64,000 bases of DNA from Bacteroidia bacterium (lineage in GTDB: Bacteria > Bacteroidota > Bacteroidia > J057): the NCBI GenBank assembly GCA_965262565.1, contig CBDHFQ010000013.1, positions 477 to 64,476 of the forward strand. Reading direction: 5' to 3'. Below, piece by piece: positions 1 to 9,000 of this stretch (position 1 is the stretch's first letter; each line of letters begins with the position of its first letter). Made by a program: the position numbers and the translations under genes. The notes beneath the pieces were generated by a model. The model was not told the origin of the DNA. It worked only from the letters and a program-made list of their open reading frames with translations, and did no database searches.

Positions 1-1
1 A

Positions 2-259
2 GATGGCGAATATTTTGTATTACTTAAGGAACTAGAAGAGCTAATAAAAGATCCCCTTAATACGACAATCAAAGCAATCAATAGGAAAAAGTCTCAATCA
101 AAAGCTGAAAAATATTTAGATATATCTTCTTTGAAAGCCTTCTTGGATCTCGATAAAAACGAAGCCTTCCCAGATATTCAGGAGTTAGATCCTATAGACC
201 AAAGAAGATTAGCTCAAATTCCCGTGATCAAAAAAATCATTGGCAAAGAGGGATGCTAG
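2..259 (+). CDS. 3' end of an ORF entering from upstream of the window (hypothetical; possibly part of the degraded locus that follows)
   Basis: Frame 2 is open from base 2 to TAG at 257-259 (DGEYFVLLKELEELIKDPLNTT...IIGKEGC*). There is no start codon inside the window. Several short broken frames follow it. Confidence 0.3.
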   Translation, partial: DGEYFVLLKELEELIKDPLNTTIKAINRKKSQSKAEKYLDISSLKAFLDLDKNEAFPDIQELDPIDQRRLAQIPVIKKIIGKEGC

Positions 260-581
260 AAAAGGCTATTGAAAGTATGTTAGAATATTCAATCCTGAAG
301 TCGATAGAAGACCATAGCATTCGTTAGTCTGACAAGGCTAAGTTTAATAGTTTATTGCAACAGAGATAAGGATAGGTGGGCATCTTGACAAAAGACGAGA
401 TAAGAGTCCAATCAAAATGGATTTGCTAAAGAATCGATTGCTTTGTTTAATGCTTATACTCCATTCGAGTTACCCAACCACAAAAGAGTGAAGGCTTTCA
501 GCGAGATAGGTATGGGAAAACATCGATCAAGGATATCATGAAATCAGAGGTAGCGAACAAGCTGAAGTTAGACCTCCAGCG

Positions 582-1174
582 AAGGTCTACTTTTCCTATG
601 CTTGGGGAGATACTTATGAAGCAGGCTGAAAGTAGGTGAGACATTAGTGGATCAATTCTATAATGGGCTTATAGATGAACCTTTTGAATTAAAGAGGGAT
701 AACAAAGATATGGAAATATGGATCATCGGGATGATTAGTGAATTTATGGAGGACCCTGGGCAAAGGAGATTTAATTGTTGTCTTTTTCAGTGATAAATAT
801 TTGCGTTCCGAGTATTGTATGTTTGAGCTATGCGAACATTGCCCGAAATGGTCAATGGGATAAACAATTATTTACTCAACGTATATTACCTGTCAGAATT
901 GAAAGCTTGGCTTTTGATGATCCTGAAGTACTAGACACTTATTTTGAGCATTGGGACAATAAACAAAAGAAGTGGGAGCGATTAATTCAGAAAAGGACAG
1001 GAAAAGTTGCCCAGGCCCAAATGGATCGTTTCCAGAAAATCAAAGACATCCATTATCATTGGGGCGATTTGGCCGATTGGCTCATGGATATTCAATGCTA
1101 TGACCATTCCCCTTCTATCAGAAAATGATTTTAGCTTGGTAAAAAGGACCATCAAAGAGCGGTTAAGTGAATAG
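582..1174 (+). pseudogene. TIR-domain protein gene relic, broken by several frameshifts and stops
   Basis: Three frames together read KVYFSYAWGD... / ...ISEFMED.. / DLIVVFFSDKYLRSEYCMFEL / ...RILPVRIESLAFDDPEVLDTYFEHWDNKQKKWE... / NDFSLVKRTIKERLSE*. FSYAWGD and SDKYLRSEYCMFEL are the typical TIR motif positions (box 1 and the S..Y..S.WC..EL region). Only the 775-1128 piece survives as an ORF. Confidence 0.55.
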
Positions 1175-1253
1175 CGTACATGAATTAGGTGCGTTTTCTG
1201 CTCCGGCCATGCTACATATGGATCTATTGTGTAATCGACGAGTGTATTCTATA

Positions 1254-1877
1254 ACACCCTGGAAGGGTGGCATATAATAGCATAGGGTGTTTTTGAAAGA
1301 GAACACCCTATGGAAAAATGGATCATCGGCAAGACATTGTATTCAAAACACCCTGGAAGGGTGGCATATAATAGCATAGGGTGTTTTTGAAAGGGAACAC
1401 CCTATGGAAAAATGGATCATCGGCAAGACAGTAAATCTATAACACCCTGAAAGGGTGGCATATAATAGCATAGGGTGTTTTTGAAAGAGAACACCCTATG
1501 GAAAAATGGATCAACGGCAAGACAGGGTATTCAAAACACCCTGGAAGGGTGGCATATAATAGCATAGGGTGTTTTTGAAAGAGAACACCCTATGGAAAAA
1601 TGGATCATCGGCAAGACATTGTATTCAAAACACCCTGGAAGGGTGGCATATAATAGCATAGGGTGTTTTTGAAAGAGAACACCCTATGGAAAAATGGATC
1701 ATCAGCAAGACAGGGTATTCAAAACACCCTGAAAGGGTGGCATATAATAGCATAGGGTGTTTTTGAAAGAGAACACCCTATGGAAAAATGGATCATCGGC
1801 AAGACATTGTATTCAAAACACCCTGGAAGGGTGGCATATAATAGCATAGGGTGTTTTTGAAAGAGAACCACCCTATG
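1254..1877. repeat. Tandem array of 94-bp units, six full copies plus a truncated seventh, each with two hairpins
   Basis: ACACCCT unit starts at 1254, 1348, 1442, 1536, 1630, 1724 and 1818, an exact 94-bp period. The unit is ACACCCTGGAAGGGTGGCATATAATAGCATAGGGTGTTTTTGAAAGAGAACACCCTATGGAAAAATGGATCATCGGCAAGACA plus an 11-nt variable tail (TTGTATTCAAA, GGGTATTCAAA or GTAAATCTATA). It contains CACCCT/AGGGTG (6-bp stem) and CATAGGGTGTT/AACACCCTATG (11-bp stem). 94 is not a multiple of 3 and no ORF spans the array. Confidence 0.95.
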
Positions 1878-2036
1878 CTGACGGATATTTAGAGGCTCGT
1901 TAAAAATATGTTAAGCTCCTCCTCTCCAAAAACCTCCACAAATTTTCCTCCGTAATTAAAGCTATCGTAAGTGTAACGACTTTACATTTCGTGTTACAAT
2001 CGTTAATATTGATATAGACTAGCAAAAGATTATCCA

Positions 2037-3494
2037 ATGAAAAAGTTCTTGCCATACGGTATATTTTCTTTTCTCATCAGTTGTTTCACCTTAGCGCTAT
2101 ACCATTTCTCTGGATGGGGCAACAAAACGGTTGTCCTTACCCAAAGTCCTGGAGATACCCCAGCGGTAGAAACCAGTATGCCTACGATTACGCTGGACCA
2201 ACTAACCAGTGCACCCCCGGATTTTCGGCTGTCGGCTCAGGCTACCCTGCCCGCGGTGGTTCACATCAAAGCTTTCAAGACCTCTTCCCGGAGACGTAGC
2301 TCTATTTATGAAGAGTTATTTGGGTTTGGTCCGTCGAATCGCCGACAGAATGTATCTACGGGATCGGGGGTAGTGATGACAGAAGATGGATTTATTGTGA
2401 CCAATAATCATGTGATAGAAAGTGCGGATGAATTAGAGGTGACTTTTTATGACAACCGGACCTATAAAGCAACGGTGATCGGGACAGATCCTACGACGGA
2501 TTTGGGCGTGATCAAGGTAGATGATAGGGATTTGCAGCATGTCAATTTTGCGAATTCGGATGAGGTGAGTGTTGGCGAATGGGTATTAGCCGTGGGGAAT
2601 CCTTTTAATCTGGCTTCTACGGCGACTGCTGGTATTGTGAGTGCGATCGGGAGGGATTTGGATATCATTCAAAACGAAATGTCGATCGAATCTTTTATAC
2701 AAACAGATGCTGCCGTGAATCCGGGAAATAGTGGTGGTGCGTTGGTGAATTTGAAAGGGGAATTAGTGGGGGTCAATACAGCGATTGCTTCTCCGACAGG
2801 GGCTTACGCTGGATATGCCTTTGCGGTGCCTGCAAATATTGTGGAGAAAGTAGTGGAAGATATTAGGCAGTATGGAGCGGTCCAACGTGGGTTTATTGGT
2901 ATTTACAGCATCATAGAAATCAATCCGAACATTGCTGAGGAATTGGAGCTAGGAGTTCAGGAAGGGATATTGGTGGATAAGTTGACATCTAGAAGTGCTG
3001 CGGCGAAAGCGGGAATTAACGAAGGAGATATTATCGTCAGCATTGATAATAATCGTATTAACAATAGAACGAGACTTCAGGAACTCATCGGTAGAAAACG
3101 TCCGGGAGATTATGTGGCGGTGAAGGTGTATCGCAAAGGGGATTACCTGGATTTTCCTGTCCAATTAACCACGCAAGATGGGACGACAGAAATACAAGCA
3201 GGAGGGAAAGATGAATTATTGACGGAACTGGGGGTGGAATTTGAGGATGTAGATAAAAGAACCTTGTACCAATATCGTGTCGAAAATGGGGTTCGTATCT
3301 CCAAGTTGTATGCAGGGAGATTTAGAAGTCAGACAGAGGTGGAAGAAGGTTTTATTATTCTCACCGTCAACGGAAAAAAGGTGTATTCTTCTGCCGGATT
3401 ATTGAATATGCTTAAGGAAACCAGAGGGAGAGTGAGTTTGGAGGGCTTCTATCCGGGAAGAAGGTATATTTATCAGTATGAGATAAATATGTAA
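2037..3494 (+). CDS. htrA: Do/HtrA-family periplasmic serine endopeptidase with PDZ domains
   Basis: 485 aa with an N-terminal hydrophobic signal. Trypsin-like catalytic motifs are TNNHVIE (His), DLGVIKV (Asp) and NPGNSGGALVN (Ser). PDZ-like regions lie at the C-terminus. Confidence 0.9.
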   Translation: MKKFLPYGIFSFLISCFTLALYHFSGWGNKTVVLTQSPGDTPAVETSMPTITLDQLTSAPPDFRLSAQATLPAVVHIKAFKTSSRRRSSIYEELFGFGPSNRRQNVSTGSGVVMTEDGFIVTNNHVIESADELEVTFYDNRTYKATVIGTDPTTDLGVIKVDDRDLQHVNFANSDEVSVGEWVLAVGNPFNLASTATAGIVSAIGRDLDIIQNEMSIESFIQTDAAVNPGNSGGALVNLKGELVGVNTAIASPTGAYAGYAFAVPANIVEKVVEDIRQYGAVQRGFIGIYSIIEINPNIAEELELGVQEGILVDKLTSRSAAAKAGINEGDIIVSIDNNRINNRTRLQELIGRKRPGDYVAVKVYRKGDYLDFPVQLTTQDGTTEIQAGGKDELLTELGVEFEDVDKRTLYQYRVENGVRISKLYAGRFRSQTEVEEGFIILTVNGKKVYSSAGLLNMLKETRGRVSLEGFYPGRRYIYQYEINM

Positions 3495-3514
3495 CTTATA
3501 ACGAAATTCAACTT

Positions 3515-3772
3515 ATGCCTATAACATATCATGTGAAAGAAGATTATCTCTACAAATTAGGGAGTAACGAAGGTGAAAAAGAGGGAAAAATAGAGGGAAA
3601 GGATAGAAAGGAAGAAGGTAAGATTGAAGGTCTATGAGAGGAAAAGATGATGCTTGTTCGAAATATGCTTAGCTCACAGGCTTTTTTAGAAGGTAAGTTG
3701 AGTTATGAAGATATTGCCCAAATCAGTGGAATGACCATAGAAGAGAGTAAAGAAATTCAGCGAGCTAATTGA
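3515..3772 (+). pseudogene. Small Rpn/DUF4351-like C-terminal fragment interrupted by an in-frame TGA
   Basis: MPITYHVKEDYLYKLGSNEGEKEGKIEGKDRKEEGKIEGL-TGA-EEKMMLVRNMLSSQAFLEGKLSYEDIAQISGMTIEESKEIQRAN*. An EGKIEG-type repeat followed by ARNML...IA.I.GL..EE... is typical of the C-terminal tail of PD-(D/E)XK Rpn-type putative transposases. The nuclease part is absent. Confidence 0.4.
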
Positions 3773-3896
3773 TTAGCTGTCTGGCTATCATTGGAATGAA
3801 TGAGGGTTCCTATTTACAATAAATTTGATGAGCATACGAAAAGGCAGCTTGAGATGCCCTCAAGCTGCATGCTTATGTTAGTACTTCCCACAAATC

Positions 3897-5315
3897 TTAG
3901 GGTAGTTTTACCATTTTCCTGATTCCGATGAAACGATCCTGATGGTCGTAAATACTTACTAAATACACCCCATCCTCCAACTCAGAAATGGCTATTGGTT
4001 CATTGGCACGAATCAAGCTCGAAATCCATACCTTCCCATTCACGTCGTACACGTTCAATGTATACGTTGTACCTGTTAAACCTGACAACTGAATATGATC
4101 TTGCGAAGGATTGGGATATATACTGAAGGTCTGAGTAGCGTACATCTCCTTGATGCTGGTTACAGTGGGCAATAAGGTCAATGTCCCATCTGGCTCAAAA
4201 GGATCTGAATATTTGGGATTGGTATACATATCTGATCCCGTGAGGGTTTCTAAAAAGGCTACTAAGGCTTCTTTTTGCGAATCATCTAAGTTGAGTTGTT
4301 GGCCTTGAGGCGCCTGACCTTGCTCTGGCGGACCGCCTCTCAATCTCGGGTCCAGATTTGTATTGATTTGAGGATCAAAGGTAACATCATTATAATGATC
4401 AATCACTTGCATGAGCTCTGTGAAGGCACCATTATGCATCATTTGTCCGTTTAATTGGCCTGCTGGATTCACCAGGTCGCGAAGGCTGGGCGATCTGGTA
4501 TTAGCCACATCCACTTCTCCACTATCATCTCCACGTCTGATAACCCCATTATTGAGAGATTCTGGGTCAATATCGAATTCAGGTGCTCTGTGACATCCAT
4601 TACAACCCGCTCCTCCTTGATTTGGAGAAAGTAAAAAGAGCTCTTTCCCTGCATTTTCCTCGGGGGTGAAATTGGGAAAATTGGCATTGAGGTTATTGGT
4701 CTCCGCAAGGCCTTCATCAAATTTGGAGTCGAAAGATTGGATGCTTCGAACAAACTGGGAAAGGGCCAGCTGAATACGATCCTCTGTAACCTCGGCATCT
4801 CCAAAAACGAGTTCGAACAATCGTTGATACGCTTCTATGTTGGACAGCTTAATGATAAGATCATTTATATCAGGATCTCCTTCCGTCCCGCTATACCCCA
4901 TCTCCACATGATCCTGGATAGGTTGAGAAGTTTGATCCTCCAGGGAGACAGCTCGTTCATCCCAAAAGAAGCGCTCCTCCTCTCCAAACCGACTATTTAC
5001 CAACCGCATGGCATGTCTTCCCGTAACTCCTCCGTCAAGCCCCACGCTAAATTGGGCGGTATCCGAAAAGGCAAAGGCTTGTATATGACAACTTCCACAT
5101 GCAATCGTATTGTTAGCTGAAAGCCTTTTGTCATAAAACAATACGCGCCCCAGGGTAGCTCCTTCATCTGTGATCGCATTATCAGCGGGGGTATTATCCC
5201 GATCGATATACCTTGGGACGGAAGTGTTGGAATAGTTAGCCAAGTCATTTAAATCGATAGAAGCAGAGATAAGGACCATAGCTAATAAAGAAGTAATGAG
5301 TAAATATAAACGCAT
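3897..5315 (-). CDS. Di-haem cytochrome c peroxidase (CCP/MauG family) with a T9SS C-terminal sorting domain
   Basis: 472 aa with a signal peptide and two CxxCH haem motifs (CGSCH, CNGCH). The C-terminal ~80 aa (FSIYPNPSQDHIQL...YDVNGKV...GVYLVSIY) match the Por_Secre_tail pattern. Confidence 0.85.
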   Translation of the reverse strand: MRLYLLITSLLAMVLISASIDLNDLANYSNTSVPRYIDRDNTPADNAITDEGATLGRVLFYDKRLSANNTIACGSCHIQAFAFSDTAQFSVGLDGGVTGRHAMRLVNSRFGEEERFFWDERAVSLEDQTSQPIQDHVEMGYSGTEGDPDINDLIIKLSNIEAYQRLFELVFGDAEVTEDRIQLALSQFVRSIQSFDSKFDEGLAETNNLNANFPNFTPEENAGKELFLLSPNQGGAGCNGCHRAPEFDIDPESLNNGVIRRGDDSGEVDVANTRSPSLRDLVNPAGQLNGQMMHNGAFTELMQVIDHYNDVTFDPQINTNLDPRLRGGPPEQGQAPQGQQLNLDDSQKEALVAFLETLTGSDMYTNPKYSDPFEPDGTLTLLPTVTSIKEMYATQTFSIYPNPSQDHIQLSGLTGTTYTLNVYDVNGKVWISSLIRANEPIAISELEDGVYLVSIYDHQDRFIGIRKMVKLP

Positions 5316-5499
5316 ATGTTCATCATATTATATTGAGATCAGACCAGGAAGATGGTGGGGAGTGAGAAAGGTGGTAGTTGGTTTCGTACCAATGGTAAAA
5401 ATTACAAGTATGTTAATATAGGGGAAATTTGCTGTTGTTCTATTACGGTCTTACGCTAAACCCAACACTTTTGTCTTGCTGTAATCAATAGGTAGTACG

Positions 5500-5634
5500 C
5501 TGAAAGGGTGTTCCTAAAAGGGAAAACTCCTACGGATAAAAGGTGGATAAATCCATTAAGTCCTGAAAGGGTGCGAAACAACAGCATAGGGTGATCCTAA
5601 AAGGAAAAACCCTATGAAAAAAGGCGAAGATGCC
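5500..5634. repeat. Two degenerate copies of the 94-bp repeat family seen at 1254-1877
   Basis: CCTGAAAGGGTGCGAAACAACAGCATAGGGTGATCCTAAAAGGAAAAACCCTATGAAAAAAGG shares CCTGAAAGGGTG, AGCATAGGGTG and CCCTATG(G)AAAAA with the array unit in the same order. A more decayed copy (CTGAAAGGGTGTTCCTAAAAGGGAAAACTCCTACGGATAAAAGGTGGAT) precedes it. Confidence 0.6.
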
Positions 5635-5988
5635 TGAAGGAGATAGTCTGGATATGCGGGAGGAGATGCGCTGAGACCGAACCGATAGGTGAGTCCGAAA
5701 GGCATCGGTCATATGTAGGTCATAGAATCTACATATGACGCCCCAAAAAACACATCCAAAATAGACCCCAAAATACCCTCCCAAAGAAACCGTCCGAAAC
5801 GTTCAGCCTTTAAATTGAAACATCCATCTCGAAAAAATCCTGGAAAATCTACCGTCCCAACCAACACACTCTCAACAATCCATCAATGAAATCCATACGA
5901 ATGTTCCTGCATGGCAACCAAACATAACGCTCCACAAAACGCTTCTCGGGCATTAGGCCTCTTAAAAGGAAGGCTATCCAAGCCCTCT

Positions 5989-6023
5989 AAAAAAAAGAAC
6001 GGATGCCCTTTCGAACATCCGTT
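5989..6023 (-). terminator. Rho-independent terminator downstream of secA
   Basis: AACGGATG-N10-CATCCGTT hairpin (5998-6023). On the minus strand it is followed by a T8 run (A8 at 5989-5996 on plus), about 45 nt after the secA stop. Confidence 0.7.
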
Positions 6024-6066
6024 TAATCCTCATTTTGGGGAATTCTATACCATTTCCCATTGAGAT

Positions 6067-9000
6067 CTATTTTTTTATTCTCGAGATCCCTTTTTTCTTT
6101 TTCTTTCGTTCTTGAGCTCTTCGTTCATTTCGAGATAACTTCCGTTCTGGGCCTTCACCGCTATTCGCCTGCATCATCGCTTTCTCTCTATCCATACTTT
6201 TCTGTCTTTCCTGTTCTGCACTTCCACGTCTCATATTCATCTTACTGAAGTCATCCCTCTGATTCTCTATCTCCCCTTTCTTTTGTTGTCTCTCTTCAAT
6301 ATGTAAATCAGCTTTAAAAATCAGAGAAAGTACCTCGTGATTGATTTCGTTGAGGGCTTGTTGGAACAATTGGAAGGACTCGAATTTGTACACCAACAAG
6401 GGATCTTTCTGTTCAAAGACCGCATTTTGGGCCGACTTCCGCAAATCATCCATTTCTCTCAGGTGATTTTTCCATTTGTTGTCAATCACTGCCAGCGTAG
6501 CCACCTTTTCCAATTCGTCTATAGCTGCTGTTCCTTCAGACTGGATAATATCATCTACTTCGGGAATAATTCTCAACTGCTTGGCCCCATCGGAAAGTGG
6601 AATAATAATCCGCTCCACCTGAGGATTTTGTGCTTTGATTCTGGAAGTACCTACAGCCAGATTTTGCGACAGTTGATCACATTTCCTTTGATAAAATGCT
6701 TTGGCTGCTTCGTAAATCTTTTTGGTTACATTATCTACGGAAAGATCATTCAAATCTTTTTCTGTAATTTTAGGATCGACAGAAATCAATCGAATACAAT
6801 CCATGCGCAACGACTCTGCATCAGGGATGTCGAAATAGCGTTCTGTAATATTGTTGCTTAAATCAAACAACATATCGTCCAGATCCACTTTGATTCTCTC
6901 TCCATATAAAGCATTGCGGCGACGGGTGTAAATCACCTCTCTCTGGCTATTCATCACATCATCATACTCCAGCAATCGCTTACGCATAGAGAAGTTATTT
7001 TCCTCGACTTTCTTCTGCGCATTAGAAATGGACTTGCTGATCATCCTGTGTTGGATCACCTCTCCTTCCTCTAAGCCCATCCTGTCCATAATCTTGCTGA
7101 TCCGCTCTGAGCCAAATAAACGCATCAAGTTATCTTCCAGAGAAACAAAAAACTGAGAGGTTCCCGGATCTCCTTGTCTACCTGCACGTCCCCTTAGCTG
7201 CCGGTCAATTCTTCTGGATTCATGTCGCTCGGTTCCTATAATGGCTAACCCTCCAGCTTCTTTCACCCCAGGCCCTAATTTAATGTCCGTACCACGACCC
7301 GCCATGTTAGTAGCGATGGTAACCATTCCAGGCTGACCTGCTTGTGCGACGATCTCTGCTTCTCGTTGGTGATGTTTCGCGTTCAGTACATTGTGGGGAA
7401 TTCTTTTTCTATTCAACATTCGCCCCAATTTCTCTGAATCTTCTACCGAAGTCGTACCCACTAGTACTGGACGTCCATTCTCCCTGATCTTCTCAATCTC
7501 ATTAATGACCGCATTGTATTTTTCGCGCGTCGTCTTATATACTAAGTCCTCATGGTCCAGTCGCTGTACGGGGACATTTGTAGGAACTACCACTACATCC
7601 AATTTGTATATTTCGTAAAACTCCGCTTCCTCCGTTTCTGCAGTACCTGTCATCCCTGCCAGTTTATGATACATCCGGAAGTAATTTTGGAGTGTAACAG
7701 TGGCAAAGGTCTGCGTGGCGTTTTCGATTTTTACATTCTCCTTCGCCTCAATCGCCTGGTGTAATCCATCAGAATACCTTCGTCCGGGAAGCACCCTACC
7801 TGTTTGCTCATCCACGATCATTACCTTCCCTTCATTGACGATGTATTCTATATCCTTTTCAAATAAAGTGTAAGCCTTCAATAACTGTTGGATAGCGTGA
7901 AGGCGCTCTGTTTTCTCTGCATAATCCTGGGCCGCTTCGTCTTTTAATCGAATCGCCTCTTCCTCACCCAGAGAAGTGTCTCCCTCTATTTCTGAGAAAC
8001 GGGCTGCTATATCTGGCACGACAAATAAATCAGGATCTTCTCCGGCTTTGGCGATCAACTCCCGACCATTATCTGTTAATTCAATCTGATTATTTCGCTC
8101 ATCAATCGTAAAGTAAAGGGGATCGGTAGCTATATGCATGTTTTTCGAATTGTCCTGCATATAAAACCCTTCCGTCTTGCTCATGACAGCCTTGGTTCCC
8201 TGTTCACTCAGGTATTTGATCAATGGCCCATGTTTAGGTAGCCCCTTAAACGCACGGAATAAGGCTAATCCTCCTTCATCGTTGCTGCCATCATTTATTT
8301 TCTTCTGTGCTTCTCTTAAGTACTTATTAACCAGATCTTTTTGCTTACGTACCAATCTCTCGATCCTCGGTTTTAGATCATCGTATTCATGCTTGTCGCC
8401 TTGAGGAATGGGCCCTGAGATAATGAGGGGAGTACGCGCTTCATCGATTAATACAGAGTCGACCTCATCTATGATGGAGTAGAAATGTTCTCGCTGAACC
8501 AAATATTCAGGATGGGTGGTCATATTATCCCTCAAATAGTCAAAGCCAAATTCATTATTGGTCCCATAACAAATATCCGCATTATAGGCCTTGCGGCGCT
8601 CTTCGGAATTAGGCTCATGTTGGTCAATACAATCTGTGGTCAAGCCATGAAACTGGAACAATGGCGCGTTCCATTCTGAATCACGTTGAGCTAGATAACT
8701 GTTGACTGTGACCAGGTGAATTCCCTGCCCACTTAGTGCATTCAGGTAGATAGGTAATGTTGCTACCAAGGTCTTTCCTTCCCCTGTTTGCATCTCCGCA
8801 ATTTTTCCTCTGTGCAGTACGATCCCTCCCATCAGCTGTACATCATAATGGATCATCTTCCATTCAATTTCTGCCCCTGCTGCAGTCCATTTGTTGGCCC
8901 AAATAGCATGCTCCCCTTCAATCGTCACATAATTTTTCTTTGGATCATTCGCAAATTGATGATCTAGTTCTGTAGCTGTTACTTTGAGTTGTTTATTTGT

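Noticed and set aside
1254-1877. CRISPR array
   Set aside because: The whole 94-bp unit is conserved, so there are no unique 25-40-bp spacers between short repeats. Only an 11-nt tail varies, among three versions. No cas genes are present in the window.
1254-1877. Integron attC / cassette array
   Set aside because: There are no ORF cassettes between the palindromic units, no intI gene, and no R'/R'' GTTRRRY-type core sites.
2081-5248. Nested or antisense track ORFs inside htrA and the peroxidase gene (2081-2299, 2462-2668, 2949-3164, 4411-4593, 4469-4804, 4737-5120, 4997-5248)
   Set aside because: They lie entirely within or opposite much longer ORFs with clear family motifs. Their translations are low-complexity, Ser/Pro/Arg-rich shadow frames.
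5530-5784. 84-aa ORF in the secA/peroxidase spacer
   Set aside because: It runs straight through the degenerate repeat copies and hairpins, and its composition is implausible.
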